64,000 nt of DNA from contig CBFGIT010000002.1 in assembly GCA_965648905.1 (NCBI GenBank), positions 64,001-128,000 on the forward strand, given 5' to 3'. Source of the stretch: a candidate division WOR-3 bacterium (GTDB lineage Bacteria > Hydrothermota > Tepidihabitantia > Tepidihabitantales > Tepidihabitantaceae). A model generated the notes under the pieces. It saw only the letters and a list, made by a program, of their open reading frames with translations, was not told the origin of the DNA and did not search any database. The translations under genes were made by a program, and so were the position numbers. Below are positions 60,172-64,000 of the stretch, piece by piece (position 1 is the first letter of the stretch; the number at the start of each line of letters is the position of its first letter).

Positions 60172-60644
60172 CGAAGTCAGAACCTAGAAGCGAGAATCCA
60201 GAAGCTAGAACCCCGACCACTTCAGCCTCTCTTCCCCGTATTGGACTTAGCGGTTAGAACCGACTTCACGACCATTCGGATGAGCTCATCCGCCTCGGTA
60301 AGCAGAGGTGCCAGCGCACCTGCGGGTGCGAGACCTGCCCGCTGCACGAGCATCAACCAGTACTGGGTTTCGCGCAGCTCCTTGAGCACAACTTGGAGCT
60401 TGTGGACAAAGTCCGCTCGGCTCTCTGCCCCACGGGCTTCCTGATAGTTCGCTCCAGCCGAGGTAGCGGAACGTATGACCTGGCTACTGATATGCCGAGC
60501 TGATGCGGTTCGTGCCATTCGGTCGGTCAGCTTGAGACAGCCGGTAGCGAACGTCAGCAGTCGTTCACCCAGGCTACCGGGCTTCAGCGTATCAGGGACC
60601 CGCTGCTCTGGCTTCTGTGCTCTAGCTTCTACCATCTGACTTCG
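60172..60644. repeat. 38-bp imperfect inverted repeats (60172-60209 and 60607-60644) made of heptamers, bracketing the four-helix-bundle gene
   Basis: Plus strand CGAAGTCAGAACCTAGAAGCGAGAATCCAGAAGCTAGA vs minus strand CGAAGTCAGATGGTAGAAGCTAGAGCACAGAAGCCAGA; 30/38 identical by my alignment. Confidence 0.8.
60222..60635 (-). CDS. Four-helix-bundle protein (23S rRNA IVS protein / Avd-like family)
   Basis: QVIRSATSAGANYQEARGAESRADFVHKL.V.LKELRETQYWL family signature. Confidence 0.9.
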   Translation of the reverse strand: MVEARAQKPEQRVPDTLKPGSLGERLLTFATGCLKLTDRMARTASARHISSQVIRSATSAGANYQEARGAESRADFVHKLQVVLKELRETQYWLMLVQRAGLAPAGALAPLLTEADELIRMVVKSVLTAKSNTGKRG

Positions 60645-61347
60645 TCTGGTCTGCATGTTCCAGCGCTGCCAACGTTGCCGGGTAGCTGTACCCGTCTTCA
60701 ATGGCGCACTGTTTGATGGCGTTCATTATCCGGCTGATCTGCACACCCTGGGGGCAGCGCGAGATGCAACGAAAATGGGTGGCGCAGATGTCTTTGAACT
60801 CATCGGCCAGTGCCTCGTCGCGCAGGCCGAGGTTGACCTTGCGGATGAACCGGCGCGGGTCCTTTTCCGGGTCAAAGAGCGTCTCCGGGCAGACTGCACT
60901 GCACGAGCCGCAGACAAAGCAGGCAGTGACGTTCTCGGCCATCCGGCGCACCTGCTTCTTGAACGTGCGGTCCAGGTCGGACTGAAGGACTCGGGACTTT
61001 GTGCTCAGGAGTCTGGACTTGCGTGCTTCTTCGGCCAGGCGCGAGACTGCGTCTGCGACCTCGCCGATGTTCACGCCCTGCGGACACCGATGCAGGCAGG
61101 TCGTGTGATACGAGCACATCCAGACAAACTCGGAGCGATACACTTCATCCTTCATGCCCATGATCGCCATGCGGATGATACGCCTCGGGTTGTACTTCTC
61201 TTCAAGCCGGCGCACCGGACAGGAAGCCGAGCACGAGCCGCAGGACAGGCAGTGCATGAACCCGGTGTCGCCGTACTTTTCGGCCAGCCGGTGCTTGAAC
61301 TCGCTGTCGAGGTCGTTGACGAGCAGCTCGCGTGCTTCGGCCAACAC
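60622..61347 (-). CDS. hdrC: HdrC-like Fe-S protein with two tandem HdrC domains
   Basis: Two copies of CxxCGSCSxxCP...PRR.IR...LG/MG...CxxHxxCxxRCPQGV. Confidence 0.8.
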   Translation of the reverse strand: MLAEARELLVNDLDSEFKHRLAEKYGDTGFMHCLSCGSCSASCPVRRLEEKYNPRRIIRMAIMGMKDEVYRSEFVWMCSYHTTCLHRCPQGVNIGEVADAVSRLAEEARKSRLLSTKSRVLQSDLDRTFKKQVRRMAENVTACFVCGSCSAVCPETLFDPEKDPRRFIRKVNLGLRDEALADEFKDICATHFRCISRCPQGVQISRIMNAIKQCAIEDGYSYPATLAALEHADQTKSDGRS

Positions 61348-62465
61348 TACTCTTCTCCTACCCTGGTGAACTCCTGCTCACGGAACATCGTCAAGGGCAG
61401 CGGTTCCTCAAGCGAGCGGCCGGACAGGTAGTCGAACTCTTTCTGCGCGTTCTGCGACACCTTCTTGAACAGGGTGGCAAGCCCGACCGTCACCGGGCAG
61501 GAGTCTTCGCAGATGCCGCACTGCACGCATGAGGTCATCATGTGATTCATGCGGGTAATGTGAAACAGCAGTGTCTCGGACGGCATCCGGGTCATGCCTT
61601 TGCGCATCGATACCCGGACGTGTTCGCCCAAGTCACGCTGGAACGTGTCGGAGTCGAAGAAACACTCGCGGCAGTAGCAGACCGGGCAGACCCTCATGCA
61701 GTTGTGGCAGTTGAGGCAGTCGGCAAAGTACCTAACCAGCTTTTCCGGGCCCATCATTTCTTTGTCCAGTTGCCCAAGCCGCGCTTCAGTCTGCGCCTTA
61801 CGCTTCGTGCTGAGGGTCTCAAGCGCCTTCTTTCGTGCCTCTGGCTCTTCGCTTGGCTCCAGCTCTACGCCCTCAAGCAGGGCCTTGCCTTTGTTTGTCG
61901 CTGCTTCAAGCCAGAGCTCTTTGTCCGGGTTCAAGCCGATATAGCCAATGGCAAGGTCGAAGACCAAGGGCCTGGGAAACTCGCACATCTGGCAGGCAGT
62001 TCGGAAGTTGACGTTCTCGGCCCAGCCGGCTTGGTCGCGGACGTGCTTGTTGTCGAACTCCTCGTCGCCGGCCCGGAGGTTGCGGAATCCGGCCGCTTTG
62101 TACGTACCCGGACAGTCGATGCCGATGAGCACGATACTGTCCGGCAGTACCTGCTTCAGCTTCTCAAGCTCCACGACCGCCCGCAGCTCGCACGGCCGCA
62201 GCAGCAAGCCGACCTGGGCGTTCGGTGCTGGTTCGCGCGCTATCTCGGCAACAATCGAGGCAGCGTTGACCGCCATTGCCGGCAGCAGGGGCGCAGCGTC
62301 GTCCATTCGGGCGGGGTCAGACGCCAAAGCCATGGTCGCCGTACCAGACTTCGAATAGGCCGGCATCAGGATACCGGACAAACGGTTCTCCCTCAGCCAC
62401 TGCCGGCACAACTCACGCAGTGTCGCAGATGGGTTCTTGTCCTTGACCTTAAGCATGCCCTTCAT
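61347..62465 (-). CDS. FdhB/FrhB-like Fe-S subunit (4Fe-4S dicluster)
   Basis: LRPCELRA, IGIDCPG, R.AC..C, CLNCHNCMRVCPVCYCREC, CVQCGICEDSCP. Confidence 0.8.
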   Translation of the reverse strand: MKGMLKVKDKNPSATLRELCRQWLRENRLSGILMPAYSKSGTATMALASDPARMDDAAPLLPAMAVNAASIVAEIAREPAPNAQVGLLLRPCELRAVVELEKLKQVLPDSIVLIGIDCPGTYKAAGFRNLRAGDEEFDNKHVRDQAGWAENVNFRTACQMCEFPRPLVFDLAIGYIGLNPDKELWLEAATNKGKALLEGVELEPSEEPEARKKALETLSTKRKAQTEARLGQLDKEMMGPEKLVRYFADCLNCHNCMRVCPVCYCRECFFDSDTFQRDLGEHVRVSMRKGMTRMPSETLLFHITRMNHMMTSCVQCGICEDSCPVTVGLATLFKKVSQNAQKEFDYLSGRSLEEPLPLTMFREQEFTRVGEE

Positions 62466-62472
62466 CGCGTCC

Positions 62473-62895
62473 TCACACTTCCCACTTCTGCTTGAACGGA
62501 CTCGGGCCCTTTTTCTTCAGGTGCTCGGTCATCGCGGTGATGGTGTCGGCGAACTTGCGACCCTCGGCCGCGGAAATCCAGCGCAGCCAAACCCGATCCT
62601 CATCCAGGCCAAGCGAGCGCATAATCGAGTTGAACAAGACAGCCCGGCGCCGCGCCTTATAGTTGCCTGATACATAGTGGCAGTCGCCAGGGTGACAGCC
62701 GCCGATGAACACGCCGTCTGCGCCCTCAAGCAGGGCACGCAGGATATAGACCGGGTCGACCGCACCCGAGCACATCACCCGTATCGGCCGCATATTCGGC
62801 GGGTACTGCATGCGCGAGGTGCCGGCCAGGTCCGCGCCGGCATAGGTACACCAGTTACAGAGGAAACCGACAATCCTAGGTTCGAACTTCTCCAT
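62473..62895 (-). CDS. mvhD: MvhD-like [2Fe-2S] subunit
   Basis: FEPRIVGFLCNWCTYAGADLAG, RVMCSG, GCHPGDCHY..GN, WISAAEG. Confidence 0.92.
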   Translation of the reverse strand: MEKFEPRIVGFLCNWCTYAGADLAGTSRMQYPPNMRPIRVMCSGAVDPVYILRALLEGADGVFIGGCHPGDCHYVSGNYKARRRAVLFNSIMRSLGLDEDRVWLRWISAAEGRKFADTITAMTEHLKKKGPSPFKQKWEV

Positions 62896-62924
62896 CTCAT
62901 GCACCTCCGTTGCGGAATCGTCTC

Positions 62925-64000
62925 TCATAGCGCCGAGTCGACCATCGACAGAACGTTCTTTGCCTCAAAGCTCTTGAGCTTAATTGCCTCAGACGGACAG
63001 GCGGCAGCACACGCGCCGCATCCCTGGCACAGCACCGCGGTAACCTCGGACCTGCCGGTTTCCGGGTTGAGCCGCGCTGCCTCGTACTGGCAGACTTCTT
63101 CGCACACGCCGCAGCCTACGCACCAGCGCTGGTTCACCTCAGCTACCACCGCCTCAGTCGAGAGCTCTTTGTGCGCGATGAGCGAGCAGGCGCGGGCTGC
63201 AGCCGCATAGGCTTGGGCAACAGTTTCCGGGATCCGGCGCGGGCTGTGCGCCATGCCGGCCATGAATACCCCACGCGTGGTGAAGTCTACCGGCCGCAGC
63301 TTCATGTGCGCTTCGAGGAAGAAGCCGTCCTCGTTCAACGGCACCTTGAGCAGTTGGCCCAGGGTGAAGTTGCTCTTCGGCGGCACGACCCCGGCAGACA
63401 GGACCAGAAGGTCGGCATTGATGCCCAGGCGACGCTGCAGCACCGGGTCATAGACCGACACGTGCAGTTGACCGTCAACCGACTGCACTTCGGGCTTGGT
63501 CTCGGGGTCAAATCGGACAAACATTACACCTGCCTCGCGTGCGTCGCGGTACAGCGCTTCTTTGAACCCATAGGTGCGCATGTCGCGATAGAGCACGTAT
63601 ACGTTCACCTTTGGGTTGACCTGCTTCAGCTTGAGCGCATTCTTCACCGCTTCAGTGCAGCAGATACGCGAGCACCAAGGACGTTCACTCTCGCGCGAGC
63701 CCACGCACTGTACCATCACAACGTGCTTCAAGTCCCTGGCTCTGTCCGGCTGTTCGACCAGCAGCTTCTCCAGTTCGGTCTGCGTCTTTACCCGCTCGTC
63801 CTTGCCGTAGAGGAACTCGGTCGGCTGATACTCCTCAGCACCGGTTGCCACCACAAACACGCCGTGCTCGAGCACGGTGTCCGACCGGTCGGACCGGTCT
63901 GACCTGTCAGACTGCCGGACCGTGGTCCTGTAGTTCCCGACATAGCCGGTCACGTCGACCAGCTCGGCCTTGGTGAAAACCTTCACCATAGGATGACGCC
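62925..64000 (-). CDS. hdrA: Second HdrA-like protein (C-terminal part; 5' end lies beyond the window)
   Basis: QCVGSRE, CSRICC, FLEAHMKLRPVDF, two ferredoxin motifs; paralog of the C-terminal half of 57084-60146. Confidence 0.9.
   Translation of the reverse strand, partial: RHPMVKVFTKAELVDVTGYVGNYRTTVRQSDRSDRSDRSDTVLEHGVFVVATGAEEYQPTEFLYGKDERVKTQTELEKLLVEQPDRARDLKHVVMVQCVGSRESERPWCSRICCTEAVKNALKLKQVNPKVNVYVLYRDMRTYGFKEALYRDAREAGVMFVRFDPETKPEVQSVDGQLHVSVYDPVLQRRLGINADLLVLSAGVVPPKSNFTLGQLLKVPLNEDGFFLEAHMKLRPVDFTTRGVFMAGMAHSPRRIPETVAQAYAAAARACSLIAHKELSTEAVVAEVNQRWCVGCGVCEEVCQYEAARLNPETGRSEVTAVLCQGCGACAAACPSEAIKLKSFEAKNVLSMVDSAL

Noticed and set aside
57084..64000. Selenocysteine recoding in HdrA or MvhD
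   Set aside because: The frames seen are open with Cys codons and contain no in-frame TGA

Overview
GC-rich bacterial chromosomal segment. The many secreted proteins with T9SS-like C-terminal domains (CTDs ending in GVYFV/GVYxLRL), the CARDB/Kelch/FG-GAP/YncE architectures and a PorV/PorQ-like barrel suggest an FCB-associated lineage such as candidate phylum WOR-3. This is an inference; the window has no marker gene. 1-27.9 kb is an accessory region of secreted CTD proteins with apgM, a stand-alone IMP cyclohydrolase, a class V aminotransferase, and remnants of IS1202/ISNCY, IS3 and REP-associated tyrosine transposases. 28-36 kb is a MoxR-DUF58-BatABCDE operon. 36-57 kb holds envelope and metabolic genes (acyl-CoA dehydrogenases, CoA-transferase, transaldolase, transketolase, aminotransferase, KamA-like radical SAM, QueH, GNAT, MATE). 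57-64 kb is an HdrA-MvhD-FdhB-like-HdrC-HdrA cluster. The most striking unexplained structure is a layer of small repeat elements: (1) a four-helix-bundle (IVS/Avd-like) gene inside the hdr operon, bracketed by 38-bp inverted repeats built of AGAAGCN heptamers, with solo copies of the array elsewhere; (2) 7-mer and 9-mer arrays and a REP-like palindrome written in frame into protein loops; (3) two distant, related arrays of about 20 degenerate 12-mers. I recognised no rRNA, tRNA or CRISPR array.
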